From: an uncultured Planctomycetales bacterium
GTDB taxonomy: Bacteria; Planctomycetota; Phycisphaerae; UBA1845; JAFGLZ01
Length of the DNA stretch: 64,000 nucleotides
NCBI GenBank assembly: GCA_964596165.1
Contig: CAZQTW010000031.1
Location: 3,924-67,923 of the forward strand
Reading direction: 5' to 3'
Shown here: positions 46,604-56,501 of the stretch, in pieces
Position numbering within the stretch: position 1 is the first letter of the stretch
How the letters are laid out: each line of letters opens with the position of its first letter
Notes under the pieces: model-generated
The model's input: only the letters and a program-made list of their open reading frames with translations
Told to the model about the DNA's origin: nothing
Database searches by the model: none
Position numbers and translations under genes: made by a program

Positions 46604-47782
46604 ATGCCATTGGAGGGGATTCGAATACTGGACTTGTCCCGGCTGCTACCGGGGCCATTCGCCACGATGATCCTTGCCGATCTGGGCGCCGACGTGATCC
46701 GTGTGGAAAGCACCGACGGGGGCGACCGCATGCGGTACGTACCGCCGCGTGTCGCGGGGCTCAGTGCCCACTTTATGGCCATCAACCGAAACAAGCGGTC
46801 GGTGGCGGTGAACCTCAAGGACCCGAGAGGGCGGCAGATCCTGTTCAAACTCGTGCGGACGGCCGACGTCATGGTCGAGGGCTTCAAGCCCGGGACAGTG
46901 GATCGTTTGGGCGTGAGCTACGACACGATCCGAGGCATTAAGCCTGACATCATCTATTGTTCAATATCGGGTTATGGTCAGACGGGTCCGTATCGCGACC
47001 GCGCCGGGCACGACATCAACTACATGGGTCTCGGCGCCGCATTGGACCTGATGACCGACCCCGGCGTCAAACCGCGCATCCCCGGCCTGTTCCTGGGCGA
47101 TCTTACGGCGGCGCTCTATGCCGTGATCGGCATCACGTCCGCCGTCGTTCAGCGACAGCGGACCGGACAAGGGCAATACATCGACGTCGGCATGCTGGAC
47201 GGATTGATGGGTCTGCAAACGTATTTGTCCGCCCGGCACCTGATCGCCGGTCTGCCCGCCGAGCACGGCACGACGGGTATGACCGATGCCGGTCCGGCCT
47301 ATCAGGTCTTTGAATGCCGGGACGGGAAATACGTCACCTTCGCGCCGTTGGAACCGCGGTTCTGGGAGAATTTCTGCAAGGCAATCGAGCGCCCGGACCT
47401 GCTCGAACGCCACTGGGATCCCTCGATCGTGCCGGACATCGAGGCGATGTTCGCCCAACGCACCCAGGCCGAATGGGTCGCGCTCTCCGAACGGCATGAC
47501 TTCTGCTGCGAGCCTGTGTTATCATTGGGGCAGGCCCTGGAGCATCCTCAGGTAACAGCCCGCGGGATGATCGTGGAGACGGACGATCCGACGGTGGGAC
47601 GCATTCGTCAGGTTGCCTCCGCGATCCGCTTCGGCGAGGTCCGCGGCGAGGTGCGGCGGGCGGCCCCTTTGGCGGGGGAACACACCGTTGACATCCTCAG
47701 AGAAGCCGGCGTCTCGGGTGAGGAGATCGACCGCCTGGTGGCCGGGGGAGTCTTGGCTGTAACGGAGCGACTATCGAAGTGA
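46604..47782 (+). CDS. Family III CoA-transferase (CaiB/BaiF/AMACR-like)
   Basis: ORF 46559..47782. The ATG at 46604 gives MPLEGIRILDLSRLLPGPFATMILADLGADVIRVE. GYGQTGPYRDRAGHDINY contains the catalytic Asp region. Confidence 0.85.
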   Translation: MPLEGIRILDLSRLLPGPFATMILADLGADVIRVESTDGGDRMRYVPPRVAGLSAHFMAINRNKRSVAVNLKDPRGRQILFKLVRTADVMVEGFKPGTVDRLGVSYDTIRGIKPDIIYCSISGYGQTGPYRDRAGHDINYMGLGAALDLMTDPGVKPRIPGLFLGDLTAALYAVIGITSAVVQRQRTGQGQYIDVGMLDGLMGLQTYLSARHLIAGLPAEHGTTGMTDAGPAYQVFECRDGKYVTFAPLEPRFWENFCKAIERPDLLERHWDPSIVPDIEAMFAQRTQAEWVALSERHDFCCEPVLSLGQALEHPQVTARGMIVETDDPTVGRIRQVASAIRFGEVRGEVRRAAPLAGEHTVDILREAGVSGEEIDRLVAGGVLAVTERLSK

Positions 47783-49047
47783 CTCAGGTTCGCACACCCC
47801 GATCCGCGTCGTCCGACGCCGCCGGCGGTTTCGACGGACGAGCGTGTCTGCCCGCCGCCGCGATGGCGATCAGCGGTAATGAGGCCGCCGCGTGGGCGGC
47901 GCGCTACGCCCGCGTCCAGGTCATCAGCGCCTACCCCATCACGCCGCAAACCACCGTCGTCGAGAAGCTGGGCGAATGGTCGGACAACAAGGAAATGCCC
48001 GTCGAATACATCCGGGTGGAGAGCGAACACTCGGTCATGTCGGCCCTCGTCGGCGCCAGTCTGGCCGGCGCGCGAACGTTTACCGCCACCAGCGGGCAGG
48101 GCCTGCTCTACATGAACGAGCCCGTCCACTGGGCGGCCGGCGCACGCCTCCCCATCGTCAACGTCTGTGTCGGACGCGGCATCGCGCCTCCCTGGAACAT
48201 CTGGGCCGACCATCACGACAGCCTCTCCATCCGCGACAGCGGCTGGATGATCTGCTACGCGGCGAATCACCAGGAAATCTTCGACAGCGTCCTGATGGCG
48301 TTCCGGATCTGCGAGGACGAGCGCGTCTTCCTGCCGATGCTGGTGTGCCACGAAGGATTCACCCAGTCGCACACCGTCGGCCCGGTTGAAATGCCCGATC
48401 AGAGCCGAGTCGACGCATACCTGCCCGTGGTGCCGCCCGAGGGCTGGCCGCACACGTTCATGGATCCCTCGCGGCCGACGTCGCACGGGCTGCTGAACAT
48501 GCCCGACAGCGGATTCTTTTACGAGATCCGACGTAATATCGAACGGGCACACGAACGCGCTCGCGGCGTCATCCGAGAGGCCGTCGCCGAATTCGAGAAG
48601 GCGTTCGGTCGCCGGTACGGAGGACTCATCGAGGAATACCGGATGGAAGGGGCGGAGGTGGCGATAGTGGCCATCGGCACGCTCGCCGATCAGGCGAAGC
48701 AGTGCGTCGACATCTGCCGCGACCGTGGGCTGCCGATCGGCGCGGTCAAGATGCGGTTTGTCCGCCCGTTTCCCATCGCCGAGATGCGAGAGCTGGCGCA
48801 ACGCGTCAAGGTCATCGCCGTGATGGAGCGGTCGATCGACTTCGGCATGCGCGGCGGCATTGTGGCGGGTGATGTTCGTTCGGCTATTCAGGGATGCGGC
48901 TCCGCACAGGTGCTTCCCGTGATCGCCGGACTGGGCGGGCGCGACGTCTCACCCGAGGAACAGATCGCCGCCGCCGAGACGGCACTCGAGATCTCGCAAA
49001 GCGGCCGACGGACGGACGACGTCTTGTGGCTGGGCCTGAAGGAATAG
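47779..49047 (+). CDS. 2-oxoacid:ferredoxin oxidoreductase, alpha subunit
   Basis: 422 aa from the GTG at 47779, which overlaps the CoA-transferase stop as GTGA. An alternative ATG at 47863 gives MAISGNEAAAWAARYARVQVISAYPITPQT, the typical N-terminus of this subunit. Confidence 0.85.
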   Translation: MTQVRTPRSASSDAAGGFDGRACLPAAAMAISGNEAAAWAARYARVQVISAYPITPQTTVVEKLGEWSDNKEMPVEYIRVESEHSVMSALVGASLAGARTFTATSGQGLLYMNEPVHWAAGARLPIVNVCVGRGIAPPWNIWADHHDSLSIRDSGWMICYAANHQEIFDSVLMAFRICEDERVFLPMLVCHEGFTQSHTVGPVEMPDQSRVDAYLPVVPPEGWPHTFMDPSRPTSHGLLNMPDSGFFYEIRRNIERAHERARGVIREAVAEFEKAFGRRYGGLIEEYRMEGAEVAIVAIGTLADQAKQCVDICRDRGLPIGAVKMRFVRPFPIAEMRELAQRVKVIAVMERSIDFGMRGGIVAGDVRSAIQGCGSAQVLPVIAGLGGRDVSPEEQIAAAETALEISQSGRRTDDVLWLGLKE

Positions 49048-49049
49048 CG

Positions 49050-49982
49050 ATGCCCGAACAGGTCGAAACGGAACTGACGCCCCGGGCTCTGGCGACCACG
49101 GCGTACAAAGAGCTCTGGTTGAAGGGCAACAGTACGTGCCCGGGCTGCGGACTGTCGCTGGCGCTGCGGTGGACGCTCAAAGCGCTCGGGCCGAACACGT
49201 GCGTGGTCGCGCCGGCGTCGTGCACGAACGTCGTGATCGGGCTCTATCCCAGGGCGGCATCGGCGGTGCCGTTCACCAACATGGTCTTCGCCGGTGGCGC
49301 CGCCGCCGCCTCCGGCGTCAAGGCCGCTCTCCGGGCCCGTGGTCAAACCGAGACCCAGGTTCTCGTCTGGGCGGGTGACGGCGGAACGTTCGACATCGGC
49401 ATCCAATCCTTGAGCGGGGCGGCCGCGCGCGGCGACGCCCTCATCGACGTCTGCTACGCCAACGACGCCTCCATGCACACCGGGACGCAACGAAGCGGCG
49501 GTACGCCCTTCGGGGCCATCACCACCACCACGCCCGCCGGTAAACAGGAGCACAAGAAGGACCTGATGGCCATCATGGAGGCCCACCACCTGGATTATCT
49601 CGCGACGGCATCGGCAGCCTATCCCGTCGACCTCTACCGCAAGATCAAGAAGGCGATGACCCATCGGGGCTTCAAGTTCATTCATATGATGATCCCGTGC
49701 CCGCCCGGCTGGCGGTTTCAGCCCAGGGACGCGATCAAGGTCGGTCGGCTGGCGGTCCAGAGCGGAATGTGGATCCTCTACGAGATCGAGCGCGGCGAGT
49801 TACGCCTGACGGGACCGAGCAAGGCCTTCGCCAAACCCGACGCCAAAATGAAGCCGCTGACCGAATACTTCAAGAGCCAGGGGCGATTCCGGCTGGCCGA
49901 GGGCCCGATCTACGATGAATTGGAGCGATGGGTCCGAAAGAACTGGCGGACGGTTCGGGCAAAGTTGAGTGAGACCGCATGA
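49050..49982 (+). CDS. 2-oxoacid:ferredoxin oxidoreductase, beta (TPP-binding) subunit
   Basis: Within ORF 48894..49982. The ATG at 49050 is 2 nt after the alpha stop. CPGCG and GDGGTFDIG TPP-binding motifs. Confidence 0.85.
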   Translation: MPEQVETELTPRALATTAYKELWLKGNSTCPGCGLSLALRWTLKALGPNTCVVAPASCTNVVIGLYPRAASAVPFTNMVFAGGAAAASGVKAALRARGQTETQVLVWAGDGGTFDIGIQSLSGAAARGDALIDVCYANDASMHTGTQRSGGTPFGAITTTTPAGKQEHKKDLMAIMEAHHLDYLATASAAYPVDLYRKIKKAMTHRGFKFIHMMIPCPPGWRFQPRDAIKVGRLAVQSGMWILYEIERGELRLTGPSKAFAKPDAKMKPLTEYFKSQGRFRLAEGPIYDELERWVRKNWRTVRAKLSETA

Positions 49983-50563
49983 GTGCGAGTCGACTATTCG
50001 AGGTGCGTTGGCACGGTCGGGGCGGACAGGGTACGGTCACCGCTGCCCGTTTGCTCTGCACCGCCGCCTATCAGGGCGGGCGGGGGATGCGAGGCGTCCA
50101 AGCCATCCCCTTCTTCGGCGCCGAACGGCGGGGATCGCCTGTGCGAGCGTTCAACCGCATCAGCAGCGAGCCGGTACGACTCTGGTCGATGATCCGGCGG
50201 CCCGACGTAGTCGTGGTGATCGATCCACAGGCAATGGTCCGTTCGCCCCAGGACATCCTCGAGGGCCTCAAGCCGGGCGGCCGATTGGTCGTCAATTGCG
50301 GTAATGAACCGCCGGACATCAACGGACGGACCGACCTGGAGGTCTGGACGGTCGACGCCACGGGCGTCTCGCTCGAACTCGGCCTTCAGGCCGGTGCCGA
50401 TCTGATCCTGAACAGCCCGATGCTCGGCGCGCTGGCCCGCGCGGTCCCCGAGATGGTCACGCTCGACCAGGTCACGTCGGCCCTGAAAGCCGAATTCGGC
50501 CGTCGGGCGGAGCTGAACTGCAAGGCGGCGGAACTGGCCTACGAACGGTGCCGACGGAAGTAG
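49979..50563 (+). CDS. 2-oxoacid:ferredoxin oxidoreductase, gamma subunit
   Basis: 194 aa. ATGA overlap with the beta stop. RWHGRGGQGTVTAARLL motif. Confidence 0.8.
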   Translation: MSASRLFEVRWHGRGGQGTVTAARLLCTAAYQGGRGMRGVQAIPFFGAERRGSPVRAFNRISSEPVRLWSMIRRPDVVVVIDPQAMVRSPQDILEGLKPGGRLVVNCGNEPPDINGRTDLEVWTVDATGVSLELGLQAGADLILNSPMLGALARAVPEMVTLDQVTSALKAEFGRRAELNCKAAELAYERCRRK

Positions 50564-50759
50564 CCGTCGGCGTTCAGCTCCAGGCCAATGGGCGATTAGC
50601 CGCGACAGCTCGAGCCCTTGCCCGATTGCGGCGGCCTGCCTCTGGCGGGCCGGACTCCGGCCGGCGAGGGCGTCGGCCGCCGCACACAAGTGTGAAACGC
50701 CACGGCTCACGGAGATCGGTGGATTCCGGGCGGACGGTTGACGAAAAAGACGAGGGGCG

Positions 50760-51152
50760 ATGATGGCCAAGATTGAGAATCCCGACGAATACATGCGCGA
50801 CCGCGCCTTCTATGAGCCGTGGCGCGAGGTGGATGAGACGACCGGCGCGAACGATCTCCCGGATGAGGCCGCTTCCGTGCCCGACCGGGCCTCCCTGGGG
50901 CCGACGGGCGATTGGCGCGTCACACGACCGGTCATGCCCAACGATCCCTCCCAGTGTTCACGCTGCTGCCAGTGCTGGATGATGTGCCCCGAGGGCGTGA
51001 TCACACTCGATGACGACCGATTGCCCCACATCGATTACGAGTACTGCAAAGGCTGCATGATCTGCGCCGAGGTGTGCCCCCGTCACTGCATCACTGAAAT
51101 CCGCGAAACCGAGAGCATCGGCGAGCAACCCCCTCCCATCCCCACACCGTAG
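50760..51152 (+). CDS. 2-oxoacid:ferredoxin oxidoreductase, delta subunit (2x[4Fe-4S] ferredoxin-like) with N-terminal extension
   Basis: 130 aa. CSRCCQCWMMCP and CKGCMICAEVCP cluster motifs. Separated from the gamma gene by about 196 nt. Confidence 0.75.
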   Translation: MMAKIENPDEYMRDRAFYEPWREVDETTGANDLPDEAASVPDRASLGPTGDWRVTRPVMPNDPSQCSRCCQCWMMCPEGVITLDDDRLPHIDYEYCKGCMICAEVCPRHCITEIRETESIGEQPPPIPTP

Positions 51153-51297
51153 GACTACACCGGCGGGTTCTCGCATTCCACGATCGGCTGTCTCCGCCGG
51201 CTCCATGGCCTCTCCGTGGCGGCCTGCGCCTCGCGGGTCGAAGTGTGGCCGCCGGGAACGCCGGCCGCTCGTCTAGAGCGTGAACCGCTCGGCCGAA

Positions 51298-53475
51298 TCA
51301 TGGCCGTTCGGTCTCAGGCTGTCGGTAAAAGCGATTGCTTAGGAAGCTCTCGGCGATCAGTAGGCCCAGCAGCGTCAAGGCCAGCCAGACGGACAGGTCG
51401 CGCGACGTCCCGCCCGCCATTCGTCCGCCCGTCAACGCATCCGGCTCGCGCATGACTTCGATTGTTCCCGGCGCAAAGCGGGATTCAATATCACTGGGGC
51501 TCAATCGATCCAATTGCGACTCGTCGGCCGGCGTATTGACGGAGTAGCCCAACTCGTCCGCCCGGGTCCCGCCGTCGGCCACGATGCGGTAGTGCCCGCA
51601 CCGGTCCGTGATCGCCGCAACCGTGTCGACGGTCGCCTCAACGACAGCCGGCCACGATTGACGGCGCGTCGGAGAGGTAATCGTCATGGCACGGATCGAG
51701 GCCGCTTGTGAACTGGCGGCGGAACCCCGCACGAACAGCCGGGCCTCCTGGCCGATCCGCAAGTTGCTTGCCGGGGTCGTCTGGGGAAGCGATTCCGCGA
51801 CCAGGGTGTTCAGCAAGACCAGAAGCGGACCGGCATCGACCGCCCAATCGCCCCAATCACGCTGCGGTGAAATCGCCAACACCACGGACGTGCCCCGTCC
51901 GACGCGGCGCACCACAATGGCCGGTGAACCGTCGCTGAGGCGCGCAATGACACTTCCGCCCCCCAACGGCGCGCCGAATCTCACGTAGCGCCGAACCGCC
52001 GGCTCGGAAAGCGACAGGCCGGTGCCGTCCTGGAACCGCCCAAGCAAAGCATGCGGCCTGTCCGGAGGGGCTATGTACACGGGTTCCAACGGGGCGACGA
52101 CCTCGACGGGCAGCGCGGCCAGCACCGATTGACCCGCCTGGTAGCCCGCCGGATTCATCGCCGGACCCGGAACGACGATCAGCCAGCCGCCTGCCGTCAC
52201 GTAATCGGCCAGCCCTGCGAAGGCCGACGGCGAGATGGACGGAACGTCGACCAGGAGAATCGCCGAGTAAGGCGGCGTATTCTTCAGACCGGCCAGTTCC
52301 CCTCCCGCGACTTGCGTGAGGCCGATCCGCCGGCGATCGGCCGGCAGGTCCGCCGGTGCGAGCATCGCCGACACCACGGCGGCCACCTCGCTGTCCGCGC
52401 CGGCAACCACCGCCACGGTCGGCGGCCGGCCCACATACACACTGAAGTACCGCACGTTGTCGATGTCCAGCGGGTCCTCAGGGTAGATCCGAATCTCGCC
52501 TTGGTGGAGCCCGGGCGCCAAGTCAACCAGCCGGACGACCTGCGAACCGACCTGACGCGGCTGGAACGTCAGCCCATCGAGGCGCCATCGCGGCTTTGCG
52601 TCGATCAACACTTCGGCGTCGCGCCGGCCGGCGCTCTGGCCGGCTTGGATGCCGAAACGGATCTGAACCGGCGTGCCCACGGGCACGGGGCGCTCGGGCA
52701 CTGCCGGATCGAGCAGGGCAAAATTCGCGTTCGTTTCGACGCCCACGTCCACACAGAAGACCCGCACCTGATTCCGGCCGGCGAACGCCCCGGTGGGAGT
52801 GTCTCGCCAGGATTGTCGGGTCAGGTCGTTAAAGACGTAAATTTCGCGCGTATCGAGCGACCCTTCGCCCAGCAGTTCGTAGGCCCTCTCCAGCATCGGA
52901 CCGACCGGACGATCGTGCTGACCGACTTCGAGCTGCTCGACCTGCGATCGGATATAGGGAATATCCGGACTGAGGCGCGCCAATCCCATCGGCGCCGAAC
53001 CGGTCAGCATCGTCAGCCGCGAACCCGGCGGAAATCGCTGCTGGTCACGCAGCAGCCGGACGGCCAGCTCGCGGGCCTGCTCGAACCGACTGACGTTTTG
53101 ACTCCGATAGTCCATGCTGGCCGAGTCGTCCATGCAGAAGACGGCCTCGACGGGCTTTCTCGTCGCCACGGGCAGAGCCGCCGATTCCAGCGTCGGACGC
53201 GCCAGCATCAGGACCAGCAGCAGGATCGCCAGCATGCGCAACAACAGCAACAGCAGTTGCTTCAGCCGGTGTCGTGCCTGTGTCTGCTGATGGGTCTTCA
53301 GGACGAATTGAAGCGTCGGTAGCGGGACGCGCTGCGGCTTGCTTCGCATCATCAGGTGGATCAGAACGGGGCCGAGCGCGGCCACCGCGCCCCACAACAT
53401 CGCCGGGGCCGCGAATGTCACGGGACCCAGCATCCACTGTGCGATCACCGGAACGTCGACGGTGCCCGTAGACAC
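51298..53475 (-). CDS. BatA-type N-terminal double-TM domain protein (large membrane-anchored, vWA-like region)
   Basis: 725 aa. GAGGGTG RBS before the GTG at 53475 (alternative ATG at 53433). FAAPAMLWGAVAALGPVLIHLMMRSKPQRVPLPTLQF is the typical BatA-type N-terminus. C-terminal TM segment. Confidence 0.7.
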   Translation of the reverse strand: MSTGTVDVPVIAQWMLGPVTFAAPAMLWGAVAALGPVLIHLMMRSKPQRVPLPTLQFVLKTHQQTQARHRLKQLLLLLLRMLAILLLVLMLARPTLESAALPVATRKPVEAVFCMDDSASMDYRSQNVSRFEQARELAVRLLRDQQRFPPGSRLTMLTGSAPMGLARLSPDIPYIRSQVEQLEVGQHDRPVGPMLERAYELLGEGSLDTREIYVFNDLTRQSWRDTPTGAFAGRNQVRVFCVDVGVETNANFALLDPAVPERPVPVGTPVQIRFGIQAGQSAGRRDAEVLIDAKPRWRLDGLTFQPRQVGSQVVRLVDLAPGLHQGEIRIYPEDPLDIDNVRYFSVYVGRPPTVAVVAGADSEVAAVVSAMLAPADLPADRRRIGLTQVAGGELAGLKNTPPYSAILLVDVPSISPSAFAGLADYVTAGGWLIVVPGPAMNPAGYQAGQSVLAALPVEVVAPLEPVYIAPPDRPHALLGRFQDGTGLSLSEPAVRRYVRFGAPLGGGSVIARLSDGSPAIVVRRVGRGTSVVLAISPQRDWGDWAVDAGPLLVLLNTLVAESLPQTTPASNLRIGQEARLFVRGSAASSQAASIRAMTITSPTRRQSWPAVVEATVDTVAAITDRCGHYRIVADGGTRADELGYSVNTPADESQLDRLSPSDIESRFAPGTIEVMREPDALTGGRMAGGTSRDLSVWLALTLLGLLIAESFLSNRFYRQPETERP

Positions 53476-53540
53476 GATGGCCCACCCTCATCCGTCAAAC
53501 CCACGGCGCCATGCCGCCCGAAGCCGGCCGACGCATCTTC

Positions 53541-54242
53541 TCATACGCGTCTCCAAATGGCCAAGACGCGATCCAGACGCTCGCCCCGAACATACAGCCG
53601 ATAGCCGTACCTGATGCCTTCGCCGTAGCCCATCCGCTGAATCTGCTTCAACTGCGGCGCGGTGATTCCTTCCAACGTCCGCGGCGTGACGTAGCATACG
53701 ACGTGCCCACCCGACCTCACGAGCAACCGAGCCTCCCTCAGATTCGCCGGCGGCTCGTCAACCGCACGAAAGGAAACCGCATCAAAGCGCTCCGGAAGCG
53801 CGCTCAATTCATGAGCGCGAACACCCATCGCTCGCAGGTTCACGAGGCCAAGCTCGGCAATGACCTCGGCCAGGAACGTCGCCTTCTTCTGGGTACCGTC
53901 GATGGCCAGAATGGGCCAGCTCGGGCAGCAGATGGCCAGCGGAACGGACGGAAACCCTGCCCCGGTGCCGACATCCAGCAGCCGGATCGGATCGGAAAAC
54001 ACCTCCCGGGCCCATGGCACCAACGCCAACGAGTCGGCATAATGTTTGACGGCCGCCTCGGCCGGCGAGGTGATTCGCGTGAGATTCATCCGTCGGTTGA
54101 TCTGAAGTACCAGGCCGAAGTGACGCCACATGAGATCGATCTGATCGTCGGACAGTGACAGGTCGAGCTCCCGGCACCCGGCGAGCAGGGCTTCAACAAA
54201 GTCGGCCTTTGTCGGATCCGTGTCGGGACCATGTGTCGCCAT
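53541..54242 (-). CDS. rsmG: 16S rRNA (guanine527-N7)-methyltransferase
   Basis: C-terminal third of ORF 53541..55181; the rest of that ORF is antisense to the DUF1015 gene. From the ATG at 54242 (or 54254): ...RMNLTRITSPAEAAVKHYADSL...LLDVGTGAGFPSVPLAI..., a SAM-MTase GidB pattern. Confidence 0.8.
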   Translation of the reverse strand: MATHGPDTDPTKADFVEALLAGCRELDLSLSDDQIDLMWRHFGLVLQINRRMNLTRITSPAEAAVKHYADSLALVPWAREVFSDPIRLLDVGTGAGFPSVPLAICCPSWPILAIDGTQKKATFLAEVIAELGLVNLRAMGVRAHELSALPERFDAVSFRAVDEPPANLREARLLVRSGGHVVCYVTPRTLEGITAPQLKQIQRMGYGEGIRYGYRLYVRGERLDRVLAIWRRV

Positions 54243-54305
54243 GGAGGCGATCATATCCCGGACGAAATGGCCTGACCACACTCCGGACAAGGAGGTTAAG
54301 TATTC

Positions 54306-55589
54306 ATGGCTCGGATCGCCCCGTTTCGTGGCATACGATACGACGCCCGCCGGTTTCCCGACGGCGATCTGTCGTCGGTCATCGCACCCCCCTACGACGT
54401 GCTGGGGCAGTCGGATCGAGAGCGGCTGATCGCCGGGAGCGAACGCAACATCGTCGTCATCGATTTGCCCCACATGCCGCCGGGATTCGCCGGTCCGCCG
54501 GAGTCGTACGCCGGCGCCGCCAAGACGCTGAGTACGTGGATCGCCGACGGAACCTTGATCCGCGAGAACCGGCCCGCCCTGTATGTCTACCACCAGCGCT
54601 TCAACCACGGCGGCCGGCGCGTGACGCGAAAGATGTTCTTTGCCCGATTGCGGCTTGAGCCGTTCGGAACAGGGTCGGTCTTTCCGCACGAACAGACGTT
54701 CAGCGGCCCGAAAGAAGACCGCCTCATGTTGACCCGCGCAACGCAATGCAACCTGTCGCCGATCTTCGGACTCTACTCCGACGCCGCGAACGAGGTCTCG
54801 ACCATCCTCGACATGTCCCGACGCGAGCCGACGTGCCATGGAGTACTCGAAGGCATCGAAAGCCGGATGTGGGTCGTTGACGACGCCGCGGTCATTGCAC
54901 GCGTCACCAAGGCGATGGCCGACCGCGAAGTCTTCATCGCCGACGGCCACCACCGGTACGGTACGTCGCTCATGTATCGTGACGAAAGGGTCGCCAAGGA
55001 AGGACCATTTCCTGAGGAACACCCGGTCAACCACGTCCTCGTCGTCTTCTGCGCCATGGAAGACGACGGCCTGATCATCCTGCCCACGCACCGGCTGCTG
55101 GTGAACCTTTCCGCGGATCGGGTCCTGACGGCCTTGCAATCGGCTGAGGGCATCCGCGTCGAACCGACCCCGACCTCCCAAGACGCGTTGGACCCGCTCC
55201 CGCCGGGCCGGTTTCGACTCTACGACGGAAAGAAGGGCGAGGTCTGGACATTCCAGGCCGATGTAACCTCCGTGATGGAGCGATTGGCCCCCGATCGCTC
55301 CGAGGCGTGGCGGCGGCTCGATGTCGCCGTGCTGCAGCGATACCTAATCGACGAGGTCGTGCGACCGCTCGTGCCGAGCGGGCAGGAACTGGAGATCCGA
55401 TACATCAAGGACACGCAGGACGGTCGGCGGCAGGCCCGCGAGAAAGGCGGGGTCCAATTGGAGTTGCCCGCCACGTCGCTGGCGGACATGCGCGACGTCT
55501 GCCGCGCCGGCGAGCTAATGCCCCAGAAAAGCACCTACTTCTACCCCAAGCCGGCGACGGGCATCATCATCAATCCATTGAGCGAATGA
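54306..55589 (+). CDS. DUF1015 domain protein
   Basis: 427 aa. MARIAPFRGIRYD......VIAPPYDVL and IADGHHRY motifs are typical of DUF1015. Confidence 0.8.
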   Translation: MARIAPFRGIRYDARRFPDGDLSSVIAPPYDVLGQSDRERLIAGSERNIVVIDLPHMPPGFAGPPESYAGAAKTLSTWIADGTLIRENRPALYVYHQRFNHGGRRVTRKMFFARLRLEPFGTGSVFPHEQTFSGPKEDRLMLTRATQCNLSPIFGLYSDAANEVSTILDMSRREPTCHGVLEGIESRMWVVDDAAVIARVTKAMADREVFIADGHHRYGTSLMYRDERVAKEGPFPEEHPVNHVLVVFCAMEDDGLIILPTHRLLVNLSADRVLTALQSAEGIRVEPTPTSQDALDPLPPGRFRLYDGKKGEVWTFQADVTSVMERLAPDRSEAWRRLDVAVLQRYLIDEVVRPLVPSGQELEIRYIKDTQDGRRQAREKGGVQLELPATSLADMRDVCRAGELMPQKSTYFYPKPATGIIINPLSE

Positions 55590-55910
55590 CTCGCCTTGGG
55601 TGAATGTGCGTCCTGTGGCGCGCACGTTTGATAGAATCCTATCGATCAACTTGCCGAGGGTCCACGTGTATTGGTTTTTGCCCATCGTGTAGTCAGGCGG
55701 CAGGTGGAACGTATCTTCCAGGACGAGCCACGCCTCCGCGTTTCTCAGGTCCACGGTGGGATCGAAGAAGAGGATCTCGCAGGGATCTTCTGGTAGGTAG
55801 ACGCGGTTCGGCCAGAAGAGGTATTCCTGGATGATGCCCGACACCGTATCTCGCACCCTAAGCCTCTCGGGATCTCGGCCCCAGACCTCCAGGCAATCGG
55901 CGGTCCTCAT
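55515..55910 (-). CDS. Hypothetical small protein
   Basis: ORF 55515..55967. An internal ATG at 55910 is a possible start. Protein-like composition (EVWGRDPERLRVRDTVSGIIQEYLFWPNRVYLPEDPCEILFFDP...). The 3' end overlaps the DUF1015 3' end by 75 nt. Confidence 0.35.
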   Translation of the reverse strand: MRTADCLEVWGRDPERLRVRDTVSGIIQEYLFWPNRVYLPEDPCEILFFDPTVDLRNAEAWLVLEDTFHLPPDYTMGKNQYTWTLGKLIDRILSNVRATGRTFTQGESFAQWIDDDARRRLGVEVGAFLGH

Positions 55911-56096
55911 TTCAAGCTGCTTGCGGATATGTCGGATGGTTCGCGCACCCGGACCAAGCGGCGGCACAAGGAGGTCTAGAATTCACTCGACCGCACTTGC
56001 GCGGCTGAACCACTCGGGCCAATGGAGCGGATCCAATGTCATTGCACGGCCTCGGCCGGAAGAGGTGGGTTCCATAACGTCAGGTATCTTGTGGGC

Positions 56097-56501
56097 CTAC
56101 CAAACCACTGGCACCAATTCGCTTGACTGTATCGACTGGTCGGCGGTGAGGATAGCGACGGGCTCGCCCAGCGCGGCAAGCTCCAGTGCGGTGGCCACGA
56201 TCAGGCGATCGTGCATTTCCATGTCGCCTCGGATCGTAAGGTAGCGATCAAACACCTCACGATTGAAGAGCACAATGCTTATCCGCGGATCGGCGTCCAC
56301 ATCGGCCAGCAAGTCGGCAACCGAAGGGATGGAGGACCGGCCATGTTCCACTATCCAGCACGCCTCAGCCAAAACAATGATTGGAAGGAACAGCGCGGTT
56401 TCAGGGTCCTTCATGATCCCGCGTGCGCGGTCTTCAAGGCGAGGATTGCCCTCCAAGTGCCAGACCAGTGCGTGCGTGTCTACTACGTACTTAGCCGACA
56501 T
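56097..56501 (-). CDS. PIN domain toxin (VapC-like)
   Basis: ORF 56097..56531. The ATG at 56501 gives MSAKYVVDTHALVWHLEG. Acidic residues in VVDTH, LAEACW and MHDRLIVATA. Confidence 0.8.
   Translation of the reverse strand: MSAKYVVDTHALVWHLEGNPRLEDRARGIMKDPETALFLPIIVLAEACWIVEHGRSSIPSVADLLADVDADPRISIVLFNREVFDRYLTIRGDMEMHDRLIVATALELAALGEPVAILTADQSIQSSELVPVVW

Noticed and set aside
54243-55181. N-terminal 300-aa extension of the rsmG ORF (track ORF 53541..55181).
   Set aside because: This part is antisense to the well-supported DUF1015 gene and has no methyltransferase-related sequence. The RsmG homology begins at the ATG at 54242/54254.
55975-55984. Adjacent XbaI and EcoRI sites (TCTAGAATTC), suggestive of a cloning junction.
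   Set aside because: It is an isolated 10-mer with no vector-like sequence on either side, and composition and gene context continue smoothly across it.
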